In this document: positions 35,231-55,860 of the stretch, piece after piece | Position numbering within the stretch: position 1 is the stretch's first letter | How the letters are laid out: each line of letters starts with the position of its first letter | Source: Balanoglossus misakiensis | Lineage: Eukaryota > Animalia > Hemichordata | Direction: 5' to 3' | DNA: 64,000 nt | Assembly: GCA_040954595.2 (NCBI GenBank) | Contig: CM082588.2 | Coordinates: forward strand, 3,494,513-3,558,512 | Translations under genes and position numbers: made by a program | Notes under the pieces: generated by a model | Seen by the model: the letters and a program-made list of their open reading frames with translations, nothing else | What the model was told of the DNA's origin: nothing | The model's database searches: none

Positions 35231-38200
35231 TCAGAAGATTCCATCAAAGATGTTGAGGAAGTCTTGGGAGGCACCAGAGCAACTGGTATCTTGGCTGTAC
35301 GGTAAGTAGGAAAGAAAACAATTAAAATAATGTAATACTAATTCATATATTAGATACATTCCTTCAGGCATGCTGTAATTGTGGATAGCTTCTTGCATGG
35401 CAGAATGATGTCAAAGCTTGACTATTAATAGATACCTAGCAACAGTTTGTCTTAGGCAGAGTTTAATGTATTATTAATTAAAACATACTGTACCTCTTTG
35501 ATGCAACTGTGAAGAAGTTCATCCCAGTTACCGGTACTCTTGAATGTTGATCTTTCGATGGAGGGTTCTTTCCTACATTGTTCGCATGGAGCAGTTGAGG
35601 GCTACCAAAGCCATGTTTTTCAGTTTCTTCTGGCACCTACCGGTATATAAAAAGTCAACATTTACATTGTACTGTGTACATTGCTTACTGTAAACCACTT
35701 AGTTATCAGTTTGCTTTTTTACGTTTATTTGCAAATTGATTGTTCAAATATTATTCAGCAACCAAGGGTGAAAAGCATGCTAACATAAATTAGCAACTTG
35801 TTAGGAACTGGCTTTGCTATTGATGGACTTGCCTCATTGATGATGTGTTTCCTGTTGCCTGTTGGTTCTTGGATGCAGAGCTCCGGGCTTGATAGTGCAG
35901 GGACCCTACAGTCTGATCTCTCCTTTGGTTCCATCCTGATTTATTGAAATGAAAAAAAAGGACAGTTATTTTATTACTTACAAAATTAATTCTAACAGCT
36001 GTTTGATAGTTATGGATTGCATTAACTTCTTCACGTCGAATGTACTTCATGGCATTTGGCATAATGGTTACATAACTTTGCATTTCGCCTGGCTATTTTA
36101 AAAGCTAAATTGTCACTGATCCTTACATGTCTGTTGTGTTACTGGGAGTAGCCTTCAGAGCTGGATATCTTGTTTTCTTAAACGAAAACTTGTTTCTGAG
36201 GTTTGAGACAACATTTTCCATGGGCTTCTTTGCATCAATAGCAGTTGTCTGCTCTTCTGGTTGCTGCCTTGTCTGAAGGAGTCGATTCTGCAAACTACTT
36301 TTCACATCGGATGTCAAGTTTTTCTTTCTGCATCCATCTGCTGAGTCTACTTCATCTAAACTCTCGTAGTTTTCCTTCTCGGGAGGAGACAGATTGTACT
36401 TCCGCTTGAACTGAAAGCTCCTGAAAGTCTTAGGAGGATCCTGTTGTTGAAACTGCGCTGGCTTTCTGATGTCTGCCGTTCCCTGATTCTGCACTGGCAG
36501 TTGCTTGGTGAAGAATGCGCTGATTTTCCCCTGTTGGCCAACTGATGGCTTTGATATCTGGCGGCTGACCTCTGACCCAGCTTTGTAACTGCTAAACTTG
36601 GGTTTCTGTTTTATGGGATTGTGGAGGCCCATCTTTGACAAGGGCGTCTCCTGGTAGTTGTCTTCAAAGTCATCCTCATCATGGTTGTTACCACTTGAAA
36701 TATACTTGTTGCTTCCTTCTTGCCACATTCCTAAAAATAATTCCCGGACATTTTGATGTTATCAGCCATCAGAAAGATGAAGCCATAGAAGTACATTGCA
36801 TGCAACATCAAGTCCTGTATTTCCTGTATAATAACGTGTGCATGACCTCTACACAAGGAACTGGGATGAAAGGGTTGTTCTAATTCACAAATTTACACAA
36901 ATCAGATCAGGAAGAACAAAGGACATAGGCATGAGATACCTGCATTATTGCAATCAAGTAGGAAGTCTTCATCATCTTGACCCCAGTCAACATCCTCCCA
37001 GGGGTCAGTCACTGCAGTCTGGTCATTGTCACTGTGGCAAAGGTCTATCACCTCTGACTTGTCTGTAGGCTTTGGTTTCGATGGAACATCTGAAAAGGAA
37101 AGAATCCCTACACTGACTACCTGATACCAGGATATATTAATTGATGCTATTCTTTTACATCTGAATGAATGCTATCCTGACTGACAGCATTCATGATCAC
37201 ACACAACTTTGTTTAATTACCCTTACCATAATTGAAGTAATCATCAAACATCAGATCATCATCTCCCCAGTCTTCCTCAGCAAACTTGTCCACCATTTTG
37301 TGTTGTGTATACACTTTGCTTCCATAAGGTGACTCGTAAAAGTAAGGACTGCTGTCAGTTGGTATTTGTGGAGTAGAAGCATTATCCTGATTGGGACTGA
37401 CCTGAAATCAACATATGCACATTAATAAGATAGTTGTATGGAGAAGTAGTTTTGCTAAGACCTGAGAAATTAGGCAAATGATAGTAACATACACTTGTTC
37501 AAACACCAGTGCCAAGGATAAAATGATACACCACTGATTACTATACACAGAAATATTTATGCCTGGGTGTATTTTGACTTACCTTTAACCGTTTCAGTGA
37601 AGGTGTCTCGGGCATATGCTGCATTTTGGCGTGTAGCTGGCTGACATAACTGTGAAATGGCGCTTCTTTGCGCGGTTCCACAGCGTTGACTGGTTTGTTC
37701 CTGGCTTTGTTGGATTTGACACCAAACTGGCAGCATTCATGACCGCACACAGCTTTGTTGATGCAGCGATGGTTGCATGGAATCCTGGTTGACTTGTCGT
37801 TCGGCCCAGGCTGTCTGTTGGTGACTGTGGGCGAGTGTTCTGTATAAATGTGTGGGTATATACGAAGTTAATTAACATGGATACTTGATATACTGTGTAG
37901 CCACAAGTTTTAAAAGTTGCATAAAGTTTTACCTATCTTCCATTTGCCTCTTGGTTTCTCATCATAATTTCCACCATATCGTCTCTGATAACTTGGAATG
38001 AAGGTCTTCTGAACATCCAAGCCAACTGTAATAATATAAAACACTGTTGCAAATTTTCATGACTACTGAAATTCAGGAACAGTAGTGCATAAAATAAACA
38101 GTATACAGTTATATTTACATACAGATCTGTTACACTAAATTGTTTATTTTTCTGACTTACCAAAGTCTTGACTGATAAGATGAATACTGAGTTCATCTCC

Positions 38201-41200
38201 TTTCTTGCCTCTCTGTACTTCAATTCTTTTGGACCAAGTTCCGTTTTTGCATAAGATAGTATCCCTAAACAATAGAGTGTGTTTATCATCAGAGTGTCCA
38301 AAACACAAATAATCAAATACAATATCATAATGCACTTCATTCTCCATACAATTTCAAGAGACAAGGCAAATGTATAACAGTGGTTATAAGAAAAACTTAC
38401 GATATTCTCATTTTGTAGTGGACATTGTTATCCGCATCACCCACGATCAGGACAATACAGTGGTTTGGTCCAGCTGTGTTTTTGACTTGGATTGTCTCCC
38501 AGTTGACCAAAAACACGGAAAGTGTGATATCAGCAGATTCTGCAGAATACTTGCTGCTCTGTGAAATCAATTCAAAGAGTGACCATCAGTCAAAAATGAA
38601 ATTTTACAACATATGTGTTACAATACATATGTGCTCAGGAAAATGTGAAAGTACATGTAGAACTATGCTGAAAACATCAGCCGTGATTTTAATACTGACC
38701 TGTGTCACAGCAATATCATACTGGGGAAGATGACAGACAGCATCATGAATCTGATTCCCAAATGGTGGATGCCTATTTACAATCTGGACAGAACAACAGA
38801 TCATAAATTTATGTCACTAGGGTAAAGCATTGTGAACTTCTGCAAGTGAATTCTACCTTGTTCATTTTCAAAAAATTAGGACAGTCAGCATTACAGTACT
38901 TACCAGCTCAATTTCCCTAGGGTTTGTCTCTTCTATCCTCTTGAATGATGTCAAACCCGCATTGACCATGGCCTGGGTCAGTGTGGGACCGATTCTTTCT
39001 AACTGCCTGGCTACATAACCCGAGTTCTCCCACAGTCTTGCTTTGAAACACTTGCTGAGAGTGACAGCATTCACTAAGGCACGGAAACCTTTCTCTTGCA
39101 TGAGATACTCAGTCAGACCTGACAGTACACAAACAGTGAATAGCCCCTGTATTAACATTAAGAATTTAGTACTGTGGAGTGCAATGGTGTTCTCAAGAGA
39201 CAAATCTTTGATGACAAGAACTTTAGAGCTATGAAAACGACAATTTGAAATAAACAGATGGTGAACGGATCTATTAGTTTTGCAATGTTGACTTACATCT
39301 TGTAACTCTCTGCCCAGCTCTGAAAATCTTGGTGGTATCCTGAGCTAAAGCAAATTCTTGTACTGATAGACAACCGAATGCAGCTTGGATAAGGCTTGAT
39401 AAAAGAAAACAAATGTGTCGTCAACCAAAGAGAAAAGAATTTCAAACTCAAACTAGGTCAGACAAATTTAATCCAAAGAAAAAGTTTTGTATTCTTCACT
39501 CACCAGTTCACTTTCATATCCGCAGTTTTGATTTTTCCGGTCATGGAGAATCTGATGGTGGCTTTGTTCTTGGAGCTGTTCAATGTGTTTAAAGTTCTCT
39601 TCTCGTTGACTCTCAGCTGAACATCAGTGAACTCTTTACATTTGGACAACAGCAAAATCTTTCAAAGACAAACAAAAATGCAGTAAAGATATGTTCTTCA
39701 TGTGAAGTGGATTTGAAGTGAAACACTGGCAGTCTTCAAGTTTGATTGATGTATTATAGAGGAGTTGTAACTACTGGTAGATCTTATTTATGGCTGAGAA
39801 GCTTTCAAACCTTGATACATGTATCTTACCAGTTCATTCAAAGATGCCTGGCCACTGATGGTTTTGAATAACTTCATTGTATCATAAGCAATACAGTATC
39901 TGGCCATTAGCTTCCCCAGTTCTTTGGATAAAACAAATAATATACATTTAATATGCATATCACATATTAATCACATTAGCAACATCGCCGGGGGCAAGGA
40001 CAATATGATGTGCAGCCCAATGTAATAATATGTAGATGTAATATTTCAGGCAAAGAGGATTTCTGTAATGATGATTGTCTCTACCTGTTGGATGTAACAC
40101 AGACTTTGGATCTTCAATCTTGACTAAATCAATTTCTGTCAGGGACCTTAGGTATTTACCGCACATGTCTGTAAGAGATTGCAATCTTTCATGGCTTTAA
40201 ACTGCCAAGTAAATGTGCTATTGGCAGGTATGATTATAATTGTTGTCCCCAGCCATCTTTTTTGGAAACTTAACAAAATGTTCATATAAAATGTAATCTA
40301 AGCCTATGTGTTCTGGAGATTACTGAACTTCCGTACAACTCTTCAGAAGACTTTTGCTAGGTTTACCTGTAAGTCTCTTTTCAAGTGCTTCCTTACTGAG
40401 TCCAGGAGGTATTCCATAGTATGTGGGATTCTTGACAACCCTGATGTACAGGAAAGTGGACTTCAACCATTCCAGGGCAATGTTCATGTCGGTGATTGTA
40501 TGCAGGACAATCTCAGCATTCAGGTGTTCCATGATATGCACATGGAGACTGGTTGAAAAGAAAACAGTCACAATTCCATGAATGGTAATAGGCCAGTTAC
40601 TATTGGCCTTTTTTCCTCAATATTTTTTGTATATCAACTAATACTTTTTCTTGCTTTAATCCGTACACATACTGCTAAATGCTCAGTATTCTTCTTGTTA
40701 ACGCAGCCTGCCAGTATATATCTGTATTAATATTATATTACATAAACAATTCTGATGGTTTGGTATGCGTGATCCTACCTGCTTTCAATATTCTGTGTTC
40801 CATTTAATAGAGCTTCATACCTATCCTGCAATGAAAATTAACTCAAATGTTGTTGACGTTCTTATTAAACTCTTAAGCAAAAGTCCAGGAAAAATATTGA
40901 CCAAGCTCATGATTAGTAAATGCCAAATTTGGCACTGCTATAGGATTCGAATGCATTTTTCTCTGGACCAAAGAGTATCTTCACTGACCTTTGTCTTAGT
41001 CCTGGTCATAATGACAGCAGTAGCAGTGGTATCAAACTGTGGTCGTCCAGCTCTGCCAATCATCTGTAAGACCTGCGTCTCTGTGTATTCGGTGTACATA
41101 CCACTAACATAGTGCAGAGTGGACTTCACCACCACTAGGTGAGCGGGTAAATTTACACCCATTGCCAATGTACTGGTAGCCACTGAAAAGTCATGTTGAA

Positions 41201-44200
41201 GGAGAAGTAATGTCTGATGATTTTTTGTCTTTGAAAAACTGGTTTATGAGAGACAAAATGAAAATTGAGATTTTTGGAGATTATGCGATGTCATGTCATT
41301 AGACTGCAAAACAGGCTAGACAAATTGTGCCAAGGTCTACTTACACAGGACTGGCAAATCTCCCCTCAGAAACATATTTTCAATGGTTTTCCTGTCTGAT
41401 ACATCCAGACCTGCATGGTGATAGCCAACTCCATTGACAACCAACTCTGAAAGCAACAATGTACATATTCACATTACTTTAAACAGTCGATACACCCTTT
41501 TCTTCTGTTGCAAAAAGGTTGTGACTACAGGGTATATGGGGTAGTTTTTAACAAAGATAAAATTAGCATTGATATAATCATGTGTTTACCTCTAAGCTTG
41601 GAATCACGTAACATGTTGGCATTTCTTTGCAACCGCTGTCTGTGCTGGGAATTCATGATAAACCTGGCATCTTTGACCAAGGTGCTGGCAGCCTGTTGCA
41701 CGCCTTTCCTGGTGGCACAGAACTGATGCAAAGAAAAGAACAACACAATTTGAAAGGTTTAAGCCACACACATATCTGGATCATTAAGTACCATCCAGAT
41801 ATTGTATATAAATGAAGGGCATCTACCGTATAGTGGAAATGTACATCAAATCCACATTTCTGATTAAATGAAAAATTGCAACCTACCACAAGAGTGGGTT
41901 TCTGTTCTGAGTAAGTCTGGATAACGCCACTCAGCTTGTAGTTGAGCGACAGATCAAACTTGAACTCAGACACGTTCTCCCGGCATGGAAATCCCAGTAC
42001 CACTTTTCTCAATCGCACAGGTCTGTGTGTATCATCTAGTCTGTGAGAAGTGTACAGTACAAAGTATGAGAGATCAGTTACTAGTATCACACTATAATAG
42101 TGTGATAACTAAAATTCAAATATTGCAACTTTTCAAAGCCATTCTTATTCAGCATCTCTTTCCATAGACACCAGCAGTAGTCTGCACGCCACATTTATTT
42201 TCTTGGAGTAGCATAATAATTCACAACAATTTTATTTCACAACATATACAATAGCTTACTTGTATGTGATGGCTGCCTCATTAATCTCACCTAACCATTC
42301 TCCTACCTGGATATCACAGAAGAAGGAAAACTGAGCTGTGAGCCATTTCATGTATTCAAACAGTGAGCATGCAGCAAAAGAAAGCATTACATGATTTGTC
42401 CATTATCAGTAGAAATGAGCACCTACAATTATGGAAAATATTCTCGATAAGTTGACTTACATCCGTTATGTTGGGTATTGTGGCAGATATGGCTATGAAG
42501 CGAAGTTTGCTTGATTTCAGGACTGAAGTAGTGTTATCAGTTTGCGATGACTGCACTGTTTTCATTCTGCTGATCACTGCCTCCATGGTGGCTCCTCTGG
42601 CTTCATCATTCAATGTATGTACCTGAAGTTTGAGAAACAAATAATTCTGATCATACTTGCCCATATTGCTTAAAAAGTCATAGGTCATTGAGAACACTAA
42701 ACTATATTCCGGCGAAAAGATAAACAATTTTGCACAAGTGTTAAGGCTTGGTCTCTTCAACATGATGTCTCCCAGGCAGTGAAGTGTGGAGATTTCAATT
42801 TTGTTCAGAAATTGTTTAGATCAGCAGAATTGATTGTAACACATACCTCGTCTATCAGGAAAAGTTTAACCATCTGTACCAATGACTTGTTGTCTCTCCA
42901 CTTTCTTGTCATACTGTCCCATTTTTCCTGCAGGAAGTGAACACTTACATTATATATTTTTTCATATTATAGAGGGACTGTGATTAAGACTTAAAATTGC
43001 TCCAAGCAACTAGGGTTATAGTTCTGTATTCCAAACTAACACTTCTTACCGGGGTTGTCATAATGATGTTTGTATCTTGCAATTCAAAGTAGTCATCCCA
43101 TTGAGAATCTCCAGTCAATTCTTTGCATTTCAAACCCACGGCTCCAAACTTCTGCTGCCAGTCATCACACCGTTCACTACACAATGCCTTGATAGGTGCC
43201 ACTGAAAATAATATGTAGCTTGTATGTTGCAGGTAGTACATTGAACTTCATCAATATCATCAAATTGATAACCATAATAGCACTTTCATTCTGTAAAACC
43301 TCTTAACCTTACTGTGATGTGATAGTAGGAATAACCATGTGCTTGGTTTTTGCTCATGTAAACATTCTACCAGTTATTTTGATCACAGCGTATTACAGTG
43401 TAGCAATTTCACACTTACTGTAAACTATCTTGACTTGGTTCAGACTGAACGAACCAACCTGCAACAGAAGTCTGACTATTGCCAACTCAAAGATGACTGT
43501 TTTACCAGATCCAGTGGGGGCACACAGTACCAGGGGCTTATCACTGTACAAAACCTGAAATGAGAGTATGTTGCAGAAAGCTTAACAAATTCTGAAATCT
43601 GAATTGCATCAAAATGTATTTATATCTCATACTGTGATCTTAAGTACAGTGGCAATGATGACACCTAATAAAGAAATCTTATCAGTCTAAGTTTCTCTTT
43701 CAATCAAAATACATTTCCCATGATTAAGAAGCAGACAGGGTAGTGGATTAGTTTATGACTAAAAATTAAGATACTGGCTTTGAATACTTACATCATCCAT
43801 CACTTTTGATTGAACTATGTTGAAGTATGGATATGCATTAAATATGGATCGGTATTTCTCAGCTGAAGGATTTGATTATGGAAAACGTAACTTGCATTTC
43901 TGCAAGAGAGAACTTTCACATGGTACACAAGACACTATGGCTATGCAAAAAAAGAACCTGTCAAATCCATGGGTAGGTAATGTCTGAGTTTTATGCTGGT
44001 AAGGATACGAACTTCAGTAATTGGTCTCAATTTTGTCACATCTCCTCTGCTTCCACCTGGAGTCACATAACCTGGAATTAAATAATAGCACATGATAGTG
44101 ATGGCAATCAGCTTTTTGTAGCATGCTCAAGGGATGGTGATCTGATCATAATATTGATGATGCACAAACTAGAGGTATATTTGTAACTTATGATTATTTT

Positions 44201-45714
44201 AATTGAGAATGAAAATTGTAATGACAGGTTTTCAGGACTATCATCTTTCTGATAATCTGTCCCCAAGATATGTACTGATCTAAACTCACCTGGAATAGTC
44301 AAAGGACTCGGGCTATCCAATACTGTCCTGGCGCTGGTAAAGAAACTTGATTGTTGGCCTCTAGTGTTTACGTATGTCCCAGGATCCAACTCCAATGAAG
44401 ATCGATTACTACCTGTCTGGGACATAGCAACATGCTGACTTGTGCTTGCTTGGCTCGGCTCAGGTGGTTCATCTCTAAGGGCAGGGGTTGATATATTCCC
44501 TGCTGATCGCTGACTACTGCTGGGTTTGGAGTTGTCATTACCAGACCGAATGCTCTCAGACACCTGGAGTGAAAATGTACCACTGGATGATTTGTGAGGG
44601 GCCTGTTGACTACTGGCTTTGATCGGTGGCCTGAACAGACGTCTTCGTTTCACAGTGGTGTTACTTCTGGCAGGCTGTTGACTCGGAACGGCAAAGGTGT
44701 CTTCTGGATCAGGAAAAAGTTCTTTCCTAATTGATCAAAAAATCAGATAATCAACAATCAATTTTGGCTTTAAAAAGCATAACTTTTATTTCCAGAAAGC
44801 ACATTTTACAATCTTGAATGTGTCATTGTTTGGCAGATTACCTTAACAAGTCTCTTCTACTTTGAGTGCTGGTGAAACCATCTTCACTATCAAAAAGAGG
44901 AGGTGTTCCATGTTCCTCAAAGAGACCCTTGCTTGAAAACACATCTGATGATGTTTGATGTCTCTGAAAGTTGTCTTTGATGATAAGCAAAAAGAGAAAA
45001 ATGTCATTAGAAAACATGCGATGACAGAGAGTAAACATCCATTGTTTGTTTTTGTTTTTGTCAGGGTATTTCAGCATGCCTGGCTTATGAAAAAAGTTGT
45101 ATAATTTATGCATGTTTTGCATAAATTTTGCATATCAATACCACTGTGCAACCTAATTGATCTGCATCTATGGCACAGAAAGTGTTTTACTAACCACAGT
45201 AAGTGTTTTACTACCATCCTACATAAAGTTTATGTGTGTTTTGATGGTTTCTCGAAGTTCTATGTTGTTACATTGTCAGATTTCATGGAATGAAAATCAT
45301 GCACTTTTGAAGAACTAACCCTGTGACTGTGTGACTGAATCACCAAAAAGTCTGTCAATCTGTGTTGAAGTCACACTTCGTTGGGATGGCAAAATAAGAT
45401 CATCTGTAGATGGTGGTGGCCTATGCAAGTCAGGGCTGCCGTGCAGTGATCTGAAAATGGAATCACAGTGATAAATAATTATTTCCTGTTGTGAATGAAC
45501 ATCTCTTTTTACCATTGTCTAATTGTTAGCTGACTGCATGTTATTATAGACATTGTTAACCGAAATGAATATGCTGTGTGTCAATGCACATTATTGTTAT
45601 CCATACATGCAAGTCTCCCCTCTCGATGACAAATTGTACTTACATGTGAACTGGTTTTTCTGAACATTCTTCATTATACTGATCAAAGAAAATATTGTCA
45701 CTGATGTCAATCAT
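35231..45714 (-). CDS. HFM1: ATP-dependent DNA helicase HFM1/MER3, multi-exon
   Basis: [32 protein letters not shown]^[37 protein letters not shown], a Sec63 region (ARLWENSG...QLERIG), [16 protein letters not shown] and C-terminal IFDGIF*. The start at 45714 is tentative. Confidence 0.92.
43863..44008 (-). other. U12-type GT-AG intron in HFM1
   Basis: Minus-strand donor GTATCCTT; branch-like TTTTCCATAAT near the acceptor; in-frame join LRPITEV^PEKYRSIF. Confidence 0.8.
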
Positions 45715-46259
45715 TGGAGCTGTGTCCTTGCTCTGTAATTAGAAGTTTGTAAATATAAAACGATCATTATTGGGACAAAATGCCACGATTTCGTACAAGA
45801 AGGGCAGACTGATGTTTGTGGAATGTAAGGTACATGTTGATGACATGTACACATGGCATGTGTACGTTTCAAAATGTCGTCAGTGCAAACTCGGAAAACA
45901 CGTCGAAAGTCTAAGATCTTTATAGCATGAAATACAACGATCTCGGCGTTATATGCCTATATAAACGATCGCTATTTGAAGATCGGTGTTAAATACTGAG
46001 CTCCGCTTTCGAAGCACTGCAGGGAAAATAAGGATTTTTCTCTGGATATAAACAAAATGTCGTCTGTCACTATGGAAACAAATGCGATTTCCGAGAATGC
46101 TGATCATACTACTGCTGCAATGGCATCCAGAAATGAGTGTCTACGAAACTTACCTCCTTAAGCAACTCGAAAATTTAAGATCGAATGATATATAGTAGAA
46201 CAGGCATTAGAGAAATCTCGACCTCATAGAGATGTGATCGTGTTTCATGTTTTGGAGCT

Positions 46260-46300
46260 GGTCGCGCGCGCGTCGTCCGCTAGACCGGAAGCGGAAGTGT
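46260..46300. promoter_or_regulatory. Probable HFM1 promoter: CpG run and tandem ETS/GABP sites
   Basis: CGCGCGCGCG followed by CCGGAAGCGGAAGTG (46285-46299), about 130 bp upstream of a minus-strand non-coding exon donor at ~46153. Confidence 0.55.
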
Positions 46301-49300
46301 GACCACAAAAACAAAACGAAAGCATGTTGTTATTAGCAATCCATGCATTTAGTAACAGTAAAACAGTGTGAAATGCGAAAACAAAGGGAAAGAGAAAGAA
46401 AAGAGAAATATGACCAACACTCAATAGATTAGAGAACAAAACAAATCCATACAGAGAAACAAACCGCTGGTGGCGCTGTCAAGCCGATTCAATGCAGCTC
46501 TGACACCACTGGCACGTGGCATCGACACGTGGTCACTTGATGCACTGGTCAGTTGAGTAGTGTCCATCTAGTCGTGGATCTGGGACTTTCGGGGTGGTTC
46601 AGGGAGAGGGACAATCTCATTAAATCAAATGTACGTTTTGTCACTTTCGAGCTCCACCCAGCAAAAGAGGCTCTTTACAAGTTAGTTTAGCCTAGTTGTT
46701 TGTATACACTTCCACACCCTCTCACAAAGTTCAAAGCAGTTAGATTGCCCTAAGGTTATACAGAATCTCATACATAGCAGTGATTCCTTATTTTTCTGTT
46801 TTCCAGAGTACTGACAGTACTGTGTGCTTGGCAATGACAGTGTGTATGTACCCAGGGGTATGAATATCCACATACCAATCTGATCGATCCATCATGATCC
46901 GGATGTCTACCCAGATCCGAAGAAATTCAATCGTAACAGGTATGTTTACATGTGATGACCATACATCCAGCTGTAGGAAATAGACCATGAAACTGTAGAT
47001 TGATACACACAGCAAAAATTCTGGAAACAATGGTCAAAACTCACAGCCACTGCAGTCCAAAACGTGGACATACACAGCTGCAGCTGATGCTATGAATATG
47101 TAATGTGCCGCTGAATTATTCAAACTGAACTTATGTGGGCCCGATAAGAGAATTCTATTTTCACTTTCATGATTTCTAAAAATCTCCGAAGGGAAAACAG
47201 GTGTTTGAGTTAATTTGCACTAAGAGTATTGGTAGAGCCAGTCCTGCAACAAGCCTGAAGCTGATTGTGAATAATTCTCATTCAAGATCATTTTGTTTGG
47301 AAAAAAGTTTCATGGACAAGATTCAGTGGGCAGCAACGATAAGTTATCGAATTGGGAATTTTGTGATGATATTTTGAAAATGCTGCATTTTGCTTTTAAC
47401 ATATCCCTCAAAGTTCTAAATTTTAATTAGTTAATGGACGTGAACGAAAAAACTAGAGCACTGCTGTTTTACCCAAAGCTATCCCCTGGGTTATAAAATT
47501 TAATCTAGTGAAGAAGGGAAGGTTTTGGAGTTTCGTTATTTTTTAAAACTTTGCCCAGGGGTATAGTGAAAATTTGTCTCTCTGTCATTCATTGACTTTC
47601 TCTGCATTGCGCTTGTTGTTTGTGAGGTATGTGCGTGTACATCTGACCACACCATGTCTTGATTTTTGAACCTCGCGGTAGCCAGAAAAACACGAAAATA
47701 AATAGTTGCGAATTTTGAAAATGTAGTTAATAGTGAAATAAGAGAATGTGAAAATTCATCTTCGTGAAACAGTCATCTCTGTTGTCATCTCTCGTCGCAA
47801 GAATTTCCTGTTTTACAGTATGAAACACATGATTTGTGTCTTCCTAGTACAACTTGCAGCAAGTGATAGCAATTACAATACCTTATTTCTGAAATCCTAT
47901 TATATATATTAAGATAATGAAATCACAACGTGAATCCCCATTTTCTCAAGTAAACCCCTCGCTGTTACCAAATCCCCGCGTCCAAATGGAAACGTTTCGC
48001 TGCTTTTGGTTGTTGATTGGATACGGAGACTAGCAGACAGGATATAGAAAGAAGCTGGTTGCTATGTGTTCAGCAGGAAACTGGCAAATTTGGGGGGAGA
48101 GTGAACACAGCTGGAAATATGAGAGAAAAACACAAGCCTCTGGGCTTGATTACAGAGACGCGGGGTTTTAAAACAGAACACATACTCCCAACTATTTTCA
48201 GCCGGGAAAATAGCTTGGAGACGTCTCCAGCGCAGTGGGCGATCATTTCTGATAGCCTTTTCTGCAACCTTCCTGGTCATTGCTCCGTATTAGCATGATT
48301 AAATTTCAGGTTATTTTGCGTTTTCATGTGAATATGTCATTACATTCATGCAGGATTCTGTCGTTTCCCGCGGCTAGTCGTTTATGTCAGAGAGCAAGGT
48401 AATAAATATGTCTGCTTACACATACACACACCTAAACATGGTACTCTAACAACGTTTGTGAGGCCAAAGGTTTTTTGTCTTGGTTCCTGGAATTGCATCG
48501 ACCCTTTATGCCAAAAATACCCAAAAGTCTCAAGAGAACACAGTCACCATAATACTAGTAACTAGTCATCTGATTATGTAATTACCGTTCTTTATTCTTC
48601 CTTTAAACGAAGGAATATTTCTCAAAGCACATATGTGTGAAATAGCAGTGATAGAATTACATCAGAGTCGAGTATGTAGACGTTTTCGATGGGATTGATG
48701 AAGTGGAAAGTAAATTCACAGTAAATGGCTTCATTCAATCTGTAAATATCCTTTCTTCACGACCGCACACTTAAATCAAGTAAGCAGGCAAAGCTGTCCT
48801 ATTTTAACATTTATTTCTGGAAAATAAAGATTACACACATGCAGTGATTGATGCTAGTACACTTCAGGAGGATATAATATTAAATATAGTGGCAATTTCG
48901 TAACCCTTATAGAACATGCTGGTATGTATTGCAAAGAGGGAAAAACAAATCAAATCAAACCTTCGTCTACTCGCGATTTGGTCTGAAGTTATATGGGTAC
49001 AAATTGGGAGGCATCTCGTGGCTTTACTGTAGCCATAAATGTTAGAACAGATAGTGAAAACACTAATATGATGCCATTTGGATTCGTTTACATTGTGCTT
49101 AAAACTGGCAGGGTAATAATGTCCGTGCAGAGAATTGCAAAGGACAGATAACGGCTTTTTGTACTATATGTGACTGGGGGTAATTTCAGGATGACAAATG
49201 ATAGATCGTTACCCGACGTGTAGTCGCAATAAACTGGAATAGGATGTGAGCAGGATGTCTCGTGCAGTAAAACACAACGATGAGATAGTGTGCTCGAAAT

Positions 49301-50370
49301 GAAGACTTCATCAGTTTCAAGGTCACAGAATTGGGTAATTCAGATGGTGTAAATTAATCATTACTGTTGTTGACGTTCTTCAGAAATTGAAAATATAAAA
49401 TGTATGCTTTTTATACAGCTTTCCTCTGTCGATAAAGATAACTGACTGAATATTCACTGATTTTTATCGCGTGCCACCTGGGCGGTACAAAGAACTAGCC
49501 TAGTTTCATATCCACTCGGTCGGGTCTGTCACGTCATATTGTCTGAGACGTGAGGGTCTTTAAGACTCAACAGCTCACATACTCAGGGGTCGCTATGGAA
49601 CAGCTGAAGCTTTGAATCATTAATGAACCACGAATCATCGATGGGAAGCTTAGTTTAAAGGGGTTAAGTGGAAATACACGCACGCCTCAGTGGGCTACTA
49701 ACATGGCACACTCATAACGCACCAGTGCGTAAACTGCACCCAAATTAGGACGTATGATGTTCTAACTTAGAAGTATTGTCTCAAAAAGGGACTTAGTGAC
49801 ACAGAAAAGAAACAAGACATCATTTCAGTTTTGTAGAGTAGAGATTTTGATACAATACAACAGCACAGTACAATCTACTTGGTTAATAACAAATGACTCT
49901 AAACAACTTGGTCCATCGCAACATTAAATAATATGTGTTAGTTATTTACTGGTTTAATGACGCATTTTATTGTACGTGTTTTATGAATATATAATATGAT
50001 CATAGCCACATATAAATATGAAAATTTGCTTACGATGGGATTTCAAAAAGATCAAATCCATACCAATGATAGAATTTAAACAACTTTTATTTCGATGAAG
50101 TTTTTTGCTAGGGCATTCGCACGCGCCCTTCAGTTAGCCATGATATTTATATGATATGTCTGTTGGATTTTCTCACGAAAACCGCTTGAGTTTTCTCAAA
50201 GACACCAGAAACGAGAAGAGTCATCTTGAAGTTTCGCGAACATCTTCTGTAGAACATTTAACCCACGAGAACAACATTATGATTATTATTATTTCAGGTC
50301 AGTGACGAAACAAACACTGACAAAAAAACGGTGAAAATTTGTAAGTCTGTCGCACCCAGGGTTAGTAATG

Positions 50371-55860
<5,490 letters not shown>

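Noticed and set aside
46300-50300. Possible divergent gene from the HFM1 promoter
   Set aside because: No convincing spliceable coding exons; the distal part is better explained as the prohormone 3'UTR (minus-strand AATAAA at ~48810).
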